In this document: piece by piece, positions 62,994-64,000 of the stretch
Layout of the letters: the number at the start of each line of letters is the position of its first letter
How positions within the stretch are numbered: position 1 is the first letter of the stretch
DNA from: an uncultured Thermoleophilia bacterium
GTDB taxonomy: Bacteria; Actinomycetota; Thermoleophilia; UBA2241
DNA length: 64,000 nt
Direction: 5' to 3'
Assembly: GCA_963715985.1 (NCBI GenBank)
Contig: CAVQSP010000013.1
Coordinates: 448,001 to 512,000 of the forward strand
The notes under the pieces: model-generated
What the model saw: only the letters and a program-made list of their open reading frames with translations
Databases searched by the model: none
What the model was told of the DNA's origin: nothing
Position numbers and translations under genes: made by a program

Positions 62994-64000
62994 ATGCACC
63001 AGGTCAACGTGGGCCGCAAGTCGCTGGCCGACTACCGCTCCATCGTCCCTCGCGAGCTGATCGACGAGATCGACGAGCTCGCCGCGGAGCTGCGCGACTG
63101 CCGCGTGCTGCACGTGAACGCCACCGCGTTCGGCGGCGGCGTGGCCGAGATCCTCTACACCCTGGTGCCGCTGGTCACCGACGTGGGCCTGCACGCGGAG
63201 TGGCAGGTCATCAGCGCCCCGCCGGAGTTCTACAACGTCACCAAGAGCTTCCACAACGGCTTGCAGGGTCACGCGGTGGACTTCCCGCCGCCCGCGCGCG
63301 AGCTCTACGAGAGCGTGTGCAAGGCGAACGCGGCGGACATCTCCCACGCCTACGACTTCATCGTCATCCACGACCCTCAGCCGCTCGCGATCCGCGACTT
63401 CGTCACCATGAGCGAGGACGGCTCCACGGCGTGGATCTGGCGCTGCCACATCGACACGTCCACGCCCTACCAGAGCCTGTACGAGTACCTGCTTCCGACC
63501 ATCAACTCTTACGACGCCGCCGTGTACACCCTGCGCGACTACGTGCCGCAGGGCCTCACCGTGCCGGTGCGCGAGATCGCCCCCACCATCGACCCGCTCG
63601 CGCCCAAGAACATGCAACTGTCCGCCGAGGACGCCACCTACATCGTGCGGCAGTTCGGCATCGACGTGGAGCGGCCGCTCCTGCTGCAGGTGTCTCGCTT
63701 CGACCCGTGGAAGGACCCGTTGGGGCTGGTGGACGTGTACCGCGCCGTCAAGACGGTGCACCCGGGCATACAGCTGGCCCTCATCGGCTCCATGGCCAGC
63801 GACGACCCCGAGGGCTGGGAGTACCTCGAGAAGGTCATCGAGTACGTGGGCGGCGACCCGGACGTGTTCATCCTCTCCAACCTCGACAACGTGGGCTCGG
63901 TGGAGGTCAACGCCTTCCAGGTGCACGCCGACGTCGTCATCCAGAAGTCCCTGCGCGAAGGGTTCGGCCTCACCGTCACCGAGGCGCTGTGGAAGGGCCG
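62994..64000 (+). CDS. treT: Trehalose glycosyltransferring synthase TreT (GT4), runs off the window end; absent from the supplied ORF track
   Basis: My translation: HVNATAFGGGVAEIL, TKSFHNGLQG, IHDPQP, WRCHID, QVSRFDPWKD, QKSLREGFGLTVTEALWKG. Confidence 0.88.
   Translation, partial: MHQVNVGRKSLADYRSIVPRELIDEIDELAAELRDCRVLHVNATAFGGGVAEILYTLVPLVTDVGLHAEWQVISAPPEFYNVTKSFHNGLQGHAVDFPPPARELYESVCKANAADISHAYDFIVIHDPQPLAIRDFVTMSEDGSTAWIWRCHIDTSTPYQSLYEYLLPTINSYDAAVYTLRDYVPQGLTVPVREIAPTIDPLAPKNMQLSAEDATYIVRQFGIDVERPLLLQVSRFDPWKDPLGLVDVYRAVKTVHPGIQLALIGSMASDDPEGWEYLEKVIEYVGGDPDVFILSNLDNVGSVEVNAFQVHADVVIQKSLREGFGLTVTEALWKG

Overview
Very GC-rich bacterial chromosome segment, probably from a deep-branching actinomycete such as Thermoleophilia (inferred from the ClpC N-terminus and gene order). 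It looks like a long-read assembly with residual indels, since even lysS and argS are frameshifted. Housekeeping genes flank both ends: lysS, clpC-radA-carD-PIN/TRAM-ispD-ispF on the left; rlmH, argS, peptidases, tRNA-Gly, DtxR-feoB and treT on the right. Between them lies a ~40 kb accessory region built around four Mo-bisPGD (DMSO reductase family) enzymes. One is a Tat-exported NarG/Nxr-related three-subunit complex with an Rrf2 regulator. The other three are paralogues of pyrogallol:phloroglucinol transhydroxylase AthL: one with the canonical active site, one fused to an SCP2-like domain, and one divergent. They sit with two BthL-type Fe-S subunits, ModABC under a Moco riboswitch, and MobA/MobB. 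A candidate phloroglucinol ring-cleavage set is also present (two SDRs, 3-hydroxyacyl-CoA-DH-family enzyme, cyclase-family hydrolase, cupin, BKACE), plus a Liv-type ABC importer with two Tat-lipoprotein binding proteins and four IclR regulators. Seven promoters share one tandem 15-bp operator architecture. Best interpretation (inference): a co-regulated anaerobic trihydroxybenzene/polyphenol degradation island. All calls come from reading the sequence; no database searches were run.
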